Source: a virus
Taxonomy: Duplodnaviria; Heunggongvirae; Uroviricota; Caudoviricetes
IMG/VR virus record: IMGVR_UViG_3300020057_001228
Span: 1-64,000 of that record
Reading direction: 5' to 3' (one strand)
Length of the DNA stretch: 64,000 bases
The notes under the pieces were generated by a model that saw nothing but the letters and a program-made list of their open reading frames with translations, searched no databases and was not told the origin of the DNA. Made by a program: the position numbers and the translations under genes. Numbering within the stretch: position 1 is the first letter of the stretch; the number at the start of each line of letters is the position of its first letter. Shown here one piece after another: positions 1 through 8,367 of this stretch.

Positions 1-240
1 TTATTCCACCAAGGGTTCTTCCACCCATTCGACGGTAGGGTAGTCGCCTCCCCCATTAGGGTTAGGTAGACCACCAGCCACCATCTCCGGGAAGATCATG
101 TTCAAAGAACCATAGTCGGCTGCCGTTTCGCGAGCAGCATCCTCTACATTCTCTTTGTAGTTAGCGATGCCGCTGTCGTCGTCCGGAAGGCTATCATCGA
201 TGATGACCGTGACGATCATCTTCAGAAGACGCTTAGCCAT
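1..240 (-). CDS. hypothetical acidic small protein (79 aa), complete
   Basis: Complete minus ORF; stop at 1-3, ATG at 238-240; TAATG stop/start overlap with upstream gene. Confidence 0.4.
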   Translation of the reverse strand: MAKRLLKMIVTVIIDDSLPDDDSGIANYKENVEDAARETAADYGSLNMIFPEMVAGGLPNPNGGGDYPTVEWVEEPLVE

Positions 241-431
241 TATGCCTTCTTATGAAGGATGTGGCGCTTCGGGTGGAGGAAGTCTCCAGCTCCGTGGGTG
301 GCGAACAAGCCAGCGGCCATCAGCTTGGCTCTGCGTCTCTTCCCACGTTCAGTTGTGGGTGGATGATCCTCGGCGTACTGTTGCATACGCACCCGGATGG
401 CATCTCTCATCTTTTCAGCTTTGATGCTCAT
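240..431 (-). CDS. hypothetical basic small protein (63 aa)
   Basis: Minus ORF translationally coupled (TAATG) to downstream gene. Confidence 0.35.
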   Translation of the reverse strand: MSIKAEKMRDAIRVRMQQYAEDHPPTTERGKRRRAKLMAAGLFATHGAGDFLHPKRHILHKKA

Positions 432-463
432 GGCATTCCTTCATCTTAGCAACATAGAATTTG

Positions 464-537
464 TGGTGAGGGACTGAGGAATCGAACCCCAGATACGATG
501 ACTCTCGCCACCGTGGTTTACACTTAACCTATCCCCC
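464..537 (-). tRNA. tRNA, CCA-encoded, noncanonical anticodon loop (8 nt GCGAGAGT by my fold); isotype undetermined
   Basis: RC has acceptor GGGGGAT/GTCCCTC+A+CCA, D-arm GGTT/AACC, T-arm TGGGG-TTCGATT-CCTCA. Confidence 0.55.
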
Positions 538-540
538 ATG

Positions 541-617
541 TGGTGCCTGGAGATGGGAATGGACCCACCGTACTACGGCCACGAGTGCCGCTGCTTTACC
601 ACTTAAGCTATCCAGAC
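541..617 (-). tRNA. tRNA-like, CCA-encoded; anticodon loop ACTCGTG (possible Arg-TCG); atypical T-arm (6-bp stem GGTGGG/CCCATC with 6-nt loop)
   Basis: Acceptor GTCTGGA/TCCAGGC+A+CCA, D-arm GCTT/AAGC, anticodon stem GCGGC/GCCGT. Confidence 0.5.
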
Positions 618-618
618 A

Positions 619-694
619 TGGTGCCGGGGGACGGGCAACGACCCATCACCTACTGGTACAAGTACCAGCCGCTCTGCATTTGAGCTACCCCGAC
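619..694 (-). tRNA. tRNA-like, CCA-encoded; perfect acceptor (GTCGGGG/CCCCGGC) and D-arm (GCTC/GAGC) but anticodon region forms CTGGT/ACCAG stem with 6-nt loop; isotype undetermined, possibly nonfunctional
   Basis: Manual fold of RC of 619-694. Confidence 0.45.
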
Positions 695-701
695 AAGCTT
701 T

Positions 702-777
702 TGGTGCTTCCCCTCGGTATCGATCCGAGTACCTCGGGCTTTTCAAACCCGCGCTCTACCGTTTGAGCTAGAGAAGC
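702..777 (-). tRNA. tRNA-Phe (GAA), CCA-encoded
   Basis: Acceptor GCTTCTC/GGGAAGC, D-arm GCTC-AAACGGTA-GAGC, anticodon stem CGGGT/GCCCG with loop TTGAAAA, T-arm CTCGG-ATCGATA-CCGAG, ACCA end. Confidence 0.8.
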
Positions 778-786
778 AAACTTTGT

Positions 787-1086
787 TTATCCTACGCGGA
801 CGTAGGCCTTTTGTCCAGCCCTCTGTTCAACTTCCTTGTGAGCATTCTCAGGTTGGTAGAAGTGAGGGACCTCGACTGCGACATCCTCATAGGCAATTGA
901 TAGCCTAAAAGCATACCGCTGGTTGAGTTGTGTGACGAACCGCTCCTGCTCGATGCCAGCAGTAGTTCTGACACCCCACCAGTCAGCGACGATGTCATAC
1001 GTGCCGTCAATGGATTTGACGAACCCGATGTCGTAATCAGCAGCCATACGTGCGTATCGTGCTCGTGACATAATGCGGTCAGACAT
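787..1086 (-). CDS. hypothetical protein (~99 aa; start MSDRIMS preceded by GGAGG)
   Basis: Longest in-frame ORF with protein-like composition; RBS GGAGGCTCATATG; alternative frame 792..1103 is Ser/Leu-rich junk. Confidence 0.45.
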   Translation of the reverse strand: MSDRIMSRARYARMAADYDIGFVKSIDGTYDIVADWWGVRTTAGIEQERFVTQLNQRYAFRLSIAYEDVAVEVPHFYQPENAHKEVEQRAGQKAYVRVG

Positions 1087-1137
1087 ATGAGCCTCCAAAT
1101 CACTTCTCATTCGGGTGAGCAAAGTGAACTTCCAGCC

Positions 1138-1398
1138 TTATTGGTTCGAGTGCTTCCGAATCAACAGAGTGCTCCATGCCTTAGAGACACGGATGCCATC
1201 CTTACTCTGGGTATGCATTGACGTGGCGAAGGGTTCCCAGCCCGCAGGAACTGAAGCAGTCGCTGCTATGTCGCTGACAGCCCACGCTGGCTGTTGAGAT
1301 GTGGTTCCTGCAGTTGCCTGAGGTACATAGGTGGCTACCAAGAGCCCAACCATAAAACCTATGGGTAGGGCTATTGAGAGTCTCGACAACATATTCAT
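1138..1398 (-). CDS. small secreted protein (signal peptide MNMLSRLSIALPIGFMVGLLVATYVPQATA)
   Basis: Hydrophobic N-terminus, AGGAGC RBS upstream of ATG at 1398. Confidence 0.5.
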   Translation of the reverse strand: MNMLSRLSIALPIGFMVGLLVATYVPQATAGTTSQQPAWAVSDIAATASVPAGWEPFATSMHTQSKDGIRVSKAWSTLLIRKHSNQ

Positions 1399-1476
1399 AC
1401 AAGCTCCTATTTTCTATTTGACTTTAACAAGACACCAAAGCTGAGGAACAGCTCTCAGCCTGGTGCCGAAGTTTCA

Positions 1477-1782
1477 CTACGGTGCGATGGTTTCAGGAAT
1501 GAGGCTTTGAGGATTGTGCGCGGCTCTAGTAGCCCGTTCGTACAACACTTGCTTCATCTCAGGCGACATGCGGGGAAGGATACCGCTGATGAAGCGCTTA
1601 CGTGCTTTACCAGTGGGAACCCCGTCTGCCTTTAGCTGGCGCCTACGCTCAGCTCTAGAATCGGATACCTCGACAGCCTCAGGGGCTGGAGGCAATCTAT
1701 AGAACGTATCCCTGTTCTTGGGAAGCGGGATACTCTTTACCTTCTTCACCTGTGATGGATTGAAGGGAATGATCTGTGCCAC
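1477..1782 (-). CDS. hypothetical basic protein (101 aa)
   Basis: Minus ORF, no recognisable motif. Confidence 0.4.
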   Translation of the reverse strand: MAQIIPFNPSQVKKVKSIPLPKNRDTFYRLPPAPEAVEVSDSRAERRRQLKADGVPTGKARKRFISGILPRMSPEMKQVLYERATRAAHNPQSLIPETIAP

Positions 1783-1806
1783 ATCGGTCTCCTATGACGG
1801 CGGGTA

Positions 1807-2001
1807 TTAGTTGTTGTCGAAGATGGTCCGATGTTTGGTCGGGAAGTCTTCGGCAGTATGAATTTCCATGTCAGAACAGAAGTGAGTTCGGTTGGTAATC
1901 GTGACGGGGTGACCGGTTTCGAGATCGTCCGCAGCCTCAATGAGAGCTGCACGAATGCCTTCGATAGTGGTTGCCTCGACGGCGAGCATCATCTTCATCA
2001 C
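1807..2001 (-). CDS. hypothetical protein (64 aa)
   Basis: Minus ORF contiguous with neighbours. Confidence 0.35.
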   Translation of the reverse strand: MMKMMLAVEATTIEGIRAALIEAADDLETGHPVTITNRTHFCSDMEIHTAEDFPTKHRTIFDNN

Positions 2002-2198
2002 TGATTTCTCCTTCTTCTACTGGTGTGATTATATGCCCTGTTTGCGTAGCGTATGCGACGTAACAGGTAAGCCGTAGTGAGGAGTGATTCAATAGACATA
2101 TATTTAAAGTCATCGTCCTTGATGTCTTTAAACCCCAAATCCCGAGTGGATGTTTTTGCGAAGCTCGCAAGGACAGAGTTAATTCTGGATTCGTCCAT
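1998..2198 (-). CDS. small protein of the array family (C-term LLTTAYLLRRIRYANRAYNHTSRRRR); start likely internal MDESRIN
   Basis: Shares the C-terminal basic motif of the 9.8-25 kb array; upstream part of track ORF overlaps a tRNA-like element. Confidence 0.35.
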   Translation of the reverse strand: MDESRINSVLASFAKTSTRDLGFKDIKDDDFKYMSIESLLTTAYLLRRIRYANRAYNHTSRRRRNQ

Positions 2199-2223
2199 TG
2201 TGGTGGTTACTTTCAGAAGAGCA

Positions 2224-2280
2224 GGTGCGAGAGTCGAACTCGCGATAGGCGCCATCCCAGTCCACGGCCCTGCTCGTAGG
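2224..2280 (-). other. tRNA-like 3' fragment (perfect T-arm GCGAG-TTCGACT-CTCGC plus acceptor-like ends), too short for a full tRNA
   Basis: RC of 2224-2280 reads AGCAGGG...CGCGAGTTCGACTCTCGCACCTGCTC. Confidence 0.3.
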
Positions 2281-2281
2281 G

Positions 2282-2440
2282 TTAACGATGTAGTCTATCG
2301 TATAAAGCTACTGCTACTAAACCAATCATGATGATTGGGCTGAAAACAATAGCAACGATACTAAACAGCACTACTTGTTTGGTGGTGAACTCAGGTGGTC
2401 CATCATCCAACATTTCCCTGAGGTACTCCGGTGGGGGCAT
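2282..2440 (-). CDS. small membrane protein (~52 aa, MPPPEYLREMLDDGPPEFTTKQVVLFSIVAIVFSPIIMIGLVAVAL)
   Basis: Not in ORF track (below cutoff); TAATG coupling to upstream small gene; one TM helix. Confidence 0.3.
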   Translation of the reverse strand: MPPPEYLREMLDDGPPEFTTKQVVLFSIVAIVFSPIIMIGLVAVALYDRLHR

Positions 2441-2616
2441 TAGCGGCTCTTACGCCGTGCCACTCTGGCGGCCTTGTTGGAGGCCTTACGCTTGGCCTTG
2501 AAGCCCTTAGGTAGGCCAACGGAGGGATTGACCTCATAGGTACGGGTAGGAACGACTGGCGGGACCATTGCCGCTACTAGGGCTGCTACTGTGGGGGCGA
2601 GTGTTGTCGGGTTCAT
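2440..2616 (-). CDS. small basic protein (58 aa, MNPTTLAPTVAALVAAMVPP...KRKASNKAARVARRKSR)
   Basis: Strong RBS AAGGAGAGAAC before ATG at 2616; not in track (short). Confidence 0.4.
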   Translation of the reverse strand: MNPTTLAPTVAALVAAMVPPVVPTRTYEVNPSVGLPKGFKAKRKASNKAARVARRKSR

Positions 2617-2723
2617 GTTCTCTCCTTAAGCGCGATGCTTCCTGTTGATGTCGAGTATCTGACGTACCTCATCCTGAGTAAGGGGGTACGCGTCGCTGTA
2701 GTGGCCTTCCATAGGCATGTCCA

Positions 2724-2912
2724 TCATTCGGATCCAAGTATTGGGTAAGCCTGCTTGAACAGTTCATCAGAGACCTTGTGTCCCACAAGTACAGCCTTCT
2801 TTACGGACTGTGCAAGTAGCTCTTCGTTGACGTTACCATGTCCTGAGGCTACATAGCCTGAGAGGATGGTGGCGGCTAACAGTGTAGCCTCTTGTTGCGA
2901 TGGAATTCTCAC
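2724..2912 (-). CDS. hypothetical small protein (62 aa)
   Basis: Minus ORF. Confidence 0.3.
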   Translation of the reverse strand: MRIPSQQEATLLAATILSGYVASGHGNVNEELLAQSVKKAVLVGHKVSDELFKQAYPILGSE

Positions 2913-3115
2913 AGTAGCTTCCTCAGAAGTAGATAGGGACCCATGTTACCAAAAGGTTCCCACCCATCAGAACAGGTGATGGTTCTCTTTTGTTCAATGA
3001 CGTTTCGACTAATGTCTACTGCTTTGATCTCCCACCTAGGAAGGTCTGACGACTCTTCGGGGGAGACCTTCGTATTCCTTGAAATAGCGTTTATGAACCG
3101 CGATACGATGGACAA
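2909..3115 (-). CDS. hypothetical small protein (68 aa)
   Basis: Minus ORF, ATGA coupling. Confidence 0.3.
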   Translation of the reverse strand: MSIVSRFINAISRNTKVSPEESSDLPRWEIKAVDISRNVIEQKRTITCSDGWEPFGNMGPYLLLRKLL

Positions 3116-3254
3116 TTCGGATGTTCCTCAACGTCTCGTCATCTATGAAGGTTCGATCATACCTGGTGGCCACCAGGTCCATCTGAATGGACCGGAATAT
3201 GGCATGGATAGGGTCTCTCACGTCGTACAGCCCTCTTGTAGGAGTAGAACTCAT
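3036..3254 (-). CDS. small protein, array-family-like C-terminus (IVHRIAVHKRYFKEY)
   Basis: Minus ORF; start probably internal. Confidence 0.3.
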   Translation of the reverse strand: MSSTPTRGLYDVRDPIHAIFRSIQMDLVATRYDRTFIDDETLRNIRIVHRIAVHKRYFKEYEGLPRRVVRPS

Positions 3255-3375
3255 GTAGGTTAAGCATTTGCTTTAACCTTACATCGACAACAGGCCAGAA
3301 GACGACAAAGCTATCCACACTCATGTGAATCCTGTTAATGGCTGACCGTATGTAATCTGGGAACTTTGGCATCAC
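3157..3375 (-). CDS. small protein, basic C-terminus (EFYSYKRAVRRERPY)
   Basis: Minus ORF overlapping neighbours; start uncertain. Confidence 0.25.
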   Translation of the reverse strand: MMPKFPDYIRSAINRIHMSVDSFVVFWPVVDVRLKQMLNLHEFYSYKRAVRRERPYPCHIPVHSDGPGGHQV

Positions 3376-3622
3376 GACGTCTTCTTATATACTTCACATA
3401 CTGGAATGCTGTGTACGCGTAGCGTATAGCTAACATACGGAAGTATTCATCCCAGAATGGTCTACGCTCTTGTATAGCGAAGAGACGAAGCTGGTATATG
3501 TCCTGTGTTCTGAGTTCGAAGTCAGAGAACTGGTATATGGTGGAGCGTTTCTTCACTATCCTAGATCGGAATCTACCCATGTAGACTCCCCAAGGTTCTC
3601 TCTTCTTAGGTTGATGTGGCAT
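3335..3622 (-). CDS. small protein, array-family-like C-terminus (FQYVKYIRRRRDAK)
   Basis: Minus ORF. Confidence 0.3.
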   Translation of the reverse strand: MPHQPKKREPWGVYMGRFRSRIVKKRSTIYQFSDFELRTQDIYQLRLFAIQERRPFWDEYFRMLAIRYAYTAFQYVKYIRRRRDAKVPRLHTVSH

Positions 3623-4076
3623 TAAGCTCCGATCGTAGGTTGATCAGTAACTGTCCAAGGAGATTGGTACCTTCACCGTTATGCACAGAACAGGTACACT
3701 TACCCCAGATACAGTCGTGCCAGTTGTTCCACTCAACGATGTCCTCATCACCTGTAGCGAGTAGCTGAGCTACCCATTCAGGATCAGTGATTCGATGGTT
3801 GAGTGCTTCGTACATGACAGCAATCTTCACCTTCTCCCAATCAGCCCTGATAGTAGCCTTACGTCCTAGACGCTTAGCAATGCCAGGAGTGGGAGCATTA
3901 GCAATCTTGAGTCTCTCGGCTCTATCTAGTGTCTTCATCGCCTGGAAGAAGTGCTCAGGCGTACAATAGGAGATACCGTCAACTACCAAAGATGTATGGT
4001 AGGACTCAAAGTTGCTAAACCAGTTCTTAGTGAACATTGCTGTATTCCTTTTAGAAGAGGAGCTGCCATTAGACAA
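3606..4076 (-). CDS. NADAR (YbiA-like, DUF1768) family protein
   Basis: FSNFESY...CTPEHFFQAMK...GQLLINLR pattern typical of NADAR domain. Confidence 0.75.
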   Translation of the reverse strand: MSNGSSSSKRNTAMFTKNWFSNFESYHTSLVVDGISYCTPEHFFQAMKTLDRAERLKIANAPTPGIAKRLGRKATIRADWEKVKIAVMYEALNHRITDPEWVAQLLATGDEDIVEWNNWHDCIWGKCTCSVHNGEGTNLLGQLLINLRSELNATST

Positions 4077-4088
4077 CTCCCCGATTTG

Positions 4089-5024
4089 CTACTGTGCAGC
4101 AGCTACTGGAGCTGGCACATTGGTGAAGTTGTAGAACGCCTTATCTGGTAGTACCAGTTGTACGTTCGGGTTCAACTTCTCGATGGCTAGCTTCCTGAGG
4201 ATAGGACCCGTCAGAGAGTTGGCGATCTTGTGATTCGCTGCTGCCTCTGCGTTAGCCCTGATCATCGTAGCTTTAGCAGAGCCTTCTGCGGAGGCTATTT
4301 CTGCATCTGCTCCAGCTCTTGCTTCAACGACCTTCTGCTGAGCATTGGTCCTGGATTGTACCAGGTCATTCTCTGCTTTGGTCTTTGCTGCAATACTGTT
4401 GGCGATTGCATCAGGCACGTGCACTGCACGGATCATGACTCTGGTGACAGCGATGCCATCAGAGGCTAGATCTTCCTGTAGCTCTTTGGCAGCTACATGC
4501 TCGACACCCACCCTACCTGGGCCTGTGATGGCCTGAGCTAGGGGCAGTGATGCAAAGGCGTTGATGATGACTGAGCTGAACTTAGAACGGTACCGTGTCT
4601 CCACAATACGCTCGAAGTCCATACCATACTTCTGGTATAGTGGGCCTGCAGCTTCCTTGTTGGCGAGCCTGTAATCCACAGATGCGTCAACGTTGAAGGC
4701 CTGCCCCTCAGCACTATTCACCTGGACTGAGTCGTCGCCCTTGTTCTGCCCTTCACCCGACGCAGCTACCATTACGTACTGCTGTTGAAGGGTGGGGAAG
4801 ATGACGAGTCTCTGACCAACAGGCATAGCGAGACGCCAGCCTGGATCCAGAGTGCGGTCGATCTTACCTGTCATATTGCTGACCAGCAGGCCAACATGAC
4901 CCTGGGGAACGTCAGTCGATGCCCAGTTGAGTAGAGTCAACGCGAAGATCACTGCAACCACAGCTGCTGCCTTGCGTAGTGAGAACATGCCGACGATCTT
5001 ATCGACCGCGGTATTGGCACTCAT
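4089..5024 (-). CDS. SPFH/band-7 (prohibitin/HflK-like) membrane protein
   Basis: N-terminal TM, band-7 core, C-terminal Ala/Glu-rich coiled coil. Confidence 0.8.
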   Translation of the reverse strand: MSANTAVDKIVGMFSLRKAAAVVAVIFALTLLNWASTDVPQGHVGLLVSNMTGKIDRTLDPGWRLAMPVGQRLVIFPTLQQQYVMVAASGEGQNKGDDSVQVNSAEGQAFNVDASVDYRLANKEAAGPLYQKYGMDFERIVETRYRSKFSSVIINAFASLPLAQAITGPGRVGVEHVAAKELQEDLASDGIAVTRVMIRAVHVPDAIANSIAAKTKAENDLVQSRTNAQQKVVEARAGADAEIASAEGSAKATMIRANAEAAANHKIANSLTGPILRKLAIEKLNPNVQLVLPDKAFYNFTNVPAPVAAAQ

Positions 5025-5197
5025 AGTTTCTCCTTATCGATACTACGTATCTTCTGATCCAATACATCAATGTTTCTGTGTGCCTTCCTATGGAAGATGC
5101 CCATCAGAGTACCAATTACCCTGGTGCCACCAACCGCATAGATAAGGAGCCATAGAAACAGGACTACGACGATGAGTTCAATCATCATTGGAAACAT
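5021..5197 (-). CDS. small membrane protein (~58 aa) coupled to SPFH gene (possible NfeD-like partner)
   Basis: ATGA stop/start overlap with SPFH start; one TM helix; not in track (short). Confidence 0.4.
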   Translation of the reverse strand: MFPMMIELIVVVLFLWLLIYAVGGTRVIGTLMGIFHRKAHRNIDVLDQKIRSIDKEKL

Positions 5198-5209
5198 TTA
5201 TGTTTGTCC

Positions 5210-5821
5210 TTAGAACAAAGTGATCACTACCGCTAACAGTATACTGATCCCAGTGATGACCACGAGGGCATCCGCCTGGAATATATACCGTCTAGTCCTA
5301 TTATAAGACCCTTCAAGGTCGTCTAAGCCAGCTGTAACACGCCAAGCACGCTCGTTCATTGCTTCTCTGGCCTGTCGCATAGCTTCATTAGTATCTTCTC
5401 GATACTTAATACGTTCTTCCGCATGTTCACGACGGACCTGATCCATACGCTCACGTTGCTCACGACGAGCTTCGTTCTGCTGCCTAGCAAACCTAACCCT
5501 CCAATCCTCTGTGGGATTGTCGTAGCCCCATGCAGGACCATAGCCAGACTGCTGATTGTTAGGTTGTTGCTTCTTCACACGATCGTATGTGTCACGTGCG
5601 TCAAAGCTACCTGACGAGGAGCTTGCTTTTAGAGCTGCATCATACGTGTCCTTACCGGACCCAGAGAGTACGTCATAAGCCTGCTGAACCTCCTTGAACT
5701 GGAGTTCATGGCCTGGACCTCTATCTGGGTGGTAGCGTTTAGCCAGGGCTCTGTAGGCCGTCTTAACGGTCTTCTTGTCCGAGTACCTTGCTACACCCAA
5801 TACGGCGTAGTGATCTTTCAC
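5210..5821 (-). CDS. J-domain (DnaJ-like) protein with C-terminal transmembrane anchor
   Basis: MKDHYAVLGV...YRALAKRYHPDRG (HPD motif); C-terminal hydrophobic helix. Confidence 0.8.
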   Translation of the reverse strand: MKDHYAVLGVARYSDKKTVKTAYRALAKRYHPDRGPGHELQFKEVQQAYDVLSGSGKDTYDAALKASSSSGSFDARDTYDRVKKQQPNNQQSGYGPAWGYDNPTEDWRVRFARQQNEARREQRERMDQVRREHAEERIKYREDTNEAMRQAREAMNERAWRVTAGLDDLEGSYNRTRRYIFQADALVVITGISILLAVVITLF

Positions 5822-6161
5822 CCTGCTTCTTCTTGTACGTGTGTCTCATATCTAGGATGAGCACGAAGTGGTATGGGAAGAACTCAGCCCCATACCGTTG
5901 ACTCTCTGGTTCTTCAGTTATAGTGCCGATCTTCCAGCATTTGATTCCATTACCATGGTGAGACTGGCCAGAGGTTACGAACTGTACCGTGCCCATACTA
6001 AGAACGTGAGATAGCCAGCTTAATCTCTTCAAAGGTAGGTCCCATGTTGGTTGGCGTAAGACTACAGGTGGATGTTCAATGAGGCGGCGAAACCAGCGTT
6101 TGATCTTAAACCAGATCAGGAGAAGTGAACTTCTCCCTATCCAGCTCCATCTTAGTAGCAC
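5763..6161 (-). CDS. hypothetical; possibly 3' part of a frameshifted gene with 6106..6453
   Basis: Overlaps DnaJ start by 58 nt and the next ORF by 56 nt in different frames. Confidence 0.25.
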   Translation of the reverse strand: MLLRWSWIGRSSLLLIWFKIKRWFRRLIEHPPVVLRQPTWDLPLKRLSWLSHVLSMGTVQFVTSGQSHHGNGIKCWKIGTITEEPESQRYGAEFFPYHFVLILDMRHTYKKKQGERSLRRIGCSKVLGQEDR

Positions 6162-6453
6162 GGCGGTCCCGTACCTTCCTCCAGCCTCTATGAGCTGATT
6201 GTATGGCTGCGAAGTCCTGGTAACCCATATCTTCTCTTATAGCACCGCTTGGAGAGATGATCTCTATACCAAATGGCCCTCTATCAAAGGAGTGCTTAGC
6301 CATCCTGAAGTCTCGGCCCAAGAGTATAAAGAATACTCTCCTGTAGAAGATGGTGGGCACAGAGCCCCCTTTTAGATTGAATGGTGGAGCGCCGGAGTAA
6401 CGATCTCCGCAGCACGAGGCTTCCTTGTAGGCTTTAACCTCGCCGGGTCCCAT
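6106..6453 (-). CDS. hypothetical protein (115 aa)
   Basis: Minus ORF. Confidence 0.3.
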   Translation of the reverse strand: MGPGEVKAYKEASCCGDRYSGAPPFNLKGGSVPTIFYRRVFFILLGRDFRMAKHSFDRGPFGIEIISPSGAIREDMGYQDFAAIQSAHRGWRKVRDRRATKMELDREKFTSPDLV

Positions 6454-6473
6454 GCCCGCGCCCCAAGCTTGTG

Positions 6474-6701
6474 TTAGTACGGACCGTGATATCCGTGTTT
6501 ACGCGCCTCATCAGCACGTTTCTCCAGTCGTTGTTCAGCTTCGAACCATAGAGGTCTTGGCTTTACTCCAGCTGAGGAGAGCATCATGATACCACCAGCT
6601 ACCAGAGTTGGTACCTGCATTGGTGGCATCATAGAGATGAAGACCAAGCCACCACCTACGAATAGGAGGAAGGCCGAAGCCATGTGTCTGAAGGCTCTCA
6701 T
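6474..6701 (-). CDS. small membrane protein (75 aa, two TM helices)
   Basis: Hydrophobic segments. Confidence 0.4.
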   Translation of the reverse strand: MRAFRHMASAFLLFVGGGLVFISMMPPMQVPTLVAGGIMMLSSAGVKPRPLWFEAEQRLEKRADEARKHGYHGPY

Positions 6702-6750
6702 TTCTTACCCCTGATAAAAGCCGCGAGTGCGGCTGCGTGTTGCTCTGACA

Positions 6751-7284
6751 TTACTGCCCTCCTATTAGATACTGGTCTACTTCCTGAATAGAGTTGACCC
6801 TAATGAACCTGTCTTCTGCGTGGTTATGAGGAGCTGTCATCAGTAGCTTAACACCCTGGAAGAACTCAAGGTTCTTAGGACTGTCATCTATCATGATGTC
6901 GGCTCTGATGTACCTCTTGTCCTCCATGAAGACAAAGTGGTTTGGTGGAACCATCGGTAGATGCTTCTTTAGCCAATCAATCTTAGCAGCGATCATATTT
7001 GGATTATGGTAAGTCGCTGTCACCACAAGCGGAATATGACCCTTGTCTACTACAGACTGAACGTATTCTATAGCACCAGGCATAGGCTGTACGCCATCGT
7101 ACAAAGTACGATCCTTTAGGTACTCATAGATATCATGTCCACACTTAACAAACTTGTGGATGTCCCAACTGGTTACGTGGTTTGTTGTGACTGTGTCTTC
7201 GTGGTCACGATTGTAACGGTGAAGCCACTCAGTATGAAGATCTGCTAGAACTCCATCCATATCGAATGCTATGACTTTACTCAT
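6751..7284 (-). CDS. 5'(3')-deoxyribonucleotidase (HAD superfamily, NT5C family)
   Basis: IAFDMDGVLADL motif at N-terminus. Confidence 0.8.
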   Translation of the reverse strand: MSKVIAFDMDGVLADLHTEWLHRYNRDHEDTVTTNHVTSWDIHKFVKCGHDIYEYLKDRTLYDGVQPMPGAIEYVQSVVDKGHIPLVVTATYHNPNMIAAKIDWLKKHLPMVPPNHFVFMEDKRYIRADIMIDDSPKNLEFFQGVKLLMTAPHNHAEDRFIRVNSIQEVDQYLIGGQ

Positions 7285-7414
7285 CTGGGTCTTTCACTCT
7301 AGATCTGACAGCAGGGGGAGAGAACTTAGACCATAGCCAGTCACTGATCTTTTGTTTGATATACTGGAACATTGAATCTCCTAAGAGGGGAGGAGTTACC
7401 CTCCCCATTGGCTC

Positions 7415-8083
7415 TTAGGCCACGGTTACCGGTGCGCGCTCGACAGCTTCTTCGACAGCATCCCAGGCGTAGCCTGAGTCCTGAAGGGCAGCGCTGAGCA
7501 CTGCGATCTGGACACCGAGCTCACGCACGAGGGCGAGACGGTAGTCACCACCAGCACTTCTGGCGTAGTAACGGGCCATGTGGTACATGAACAGGTTACC
7601 ACTGTTGATCACGTCAGCCTTGGGCTTGTGGGCCAGACTGAGGGATGTCAGAGCATTGTACAGGTGCCAGTCTGCACTACCCTCTGTGACATTCAGCCTG
7701 GAGCGCAGGTGCTGCTTGGCTCCACGGATGAACTCCTGTGCCTTGTGCCACGAAGCAACACGGCTGCGGTGATTGGCATCGATCTCAGTCCAGGGGGTGA
7801 GCTTGGTGTAGCTCTTCCCTTTCTGATCGGTATAGGCCTGGCCGTTGGTGGGACGGGATGCATGTTTGACACCACCCTTCTCCACGTATGCGGTGATCAG
7901 TCCGAAGACCGCACTACGAACATTGGATGCACCAACGTGCTCGACAGTGGCAGTCTCTGCCTCACCGTGGATGAGATCCTTGGCCGCTGCAGCCGGTAGA
8001 GCTTTCAGCAGTCGTCGCCGTAGATACTCCTGGGATTGGATGCCATTGGTCAGGGCATCGCTGAAGCGTTGTGCTTCGGTCAT
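7415..8083 (-). CDS. hypothetical protein (222 aa, locally GC-rich)
   Basis: Long clean ORF, no recognised motif. Confidence 0.5.
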   Translation of the reverse strand: MTEAQRFSDALTNGIQSQEYLRRRLLKALPAAAAKDLIHGEAETATVEHVGASNVRSAVFGLITAYVEKGGVKHASRPTNGQAYTDQKGKSYTKLTPWTEIDANHRSRVASWHKAQEFIRGAKQHLRSRLNVTEGSADWHLYNALTSLSLAHKPKADVINSGNLFMYHMARYYARSAGGDYRLALVRELGVQIAVLSAALQDSGYAWDAVEEAVERAPVTVA

Positions 8084-8097
8084 TGTGTTGCTCCTCT

Positions 8098-8367
8098 TTA
8101 TGCGAACTGTTCACGGGATGCTTCTAGAGCATCACCTTCGGCTTGGGCTTTGTCATCAAGGTATCGCTGCGTCTTACGACGGTACAACTGAAGAGTTCTC
8201 TCCAGCTGGTCTACCTTCTTCACCAGATGATTGATGGTTACTTCATCTTCTTCATAGGCTTCGACTAACGCAATGACCTCTAAGGTCCCCTCTATCAACT
8301 CACCCTCATAACTAAGGAGGATGCTATCAGCTACTTTTAGGGCCTTGCATAGGTCAGCGTTATTCAT
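8098..8367 (-). CDS. hypothetical acidic protein (89 aa)
   Basis: Minus ORF, coiled-coil-like. Confidence 0.4.
   Translation of the reverse strand: MNNADLCKALKVADSILLSYEGELIEGTLEVIALVEAYEEDEVTINHLVKKVDQLERTLQLYRRKTQRYLDDKAQAEGDALEASREQFA

Noticed and set aside
792-1103. Alternative-frame minus ORF (103 aa) overlapping 787..1122
   Set aside because: Ser/Leu/Thr-rich low-complexity translation; the other frame has a GGAGG RBS and balanced composition.
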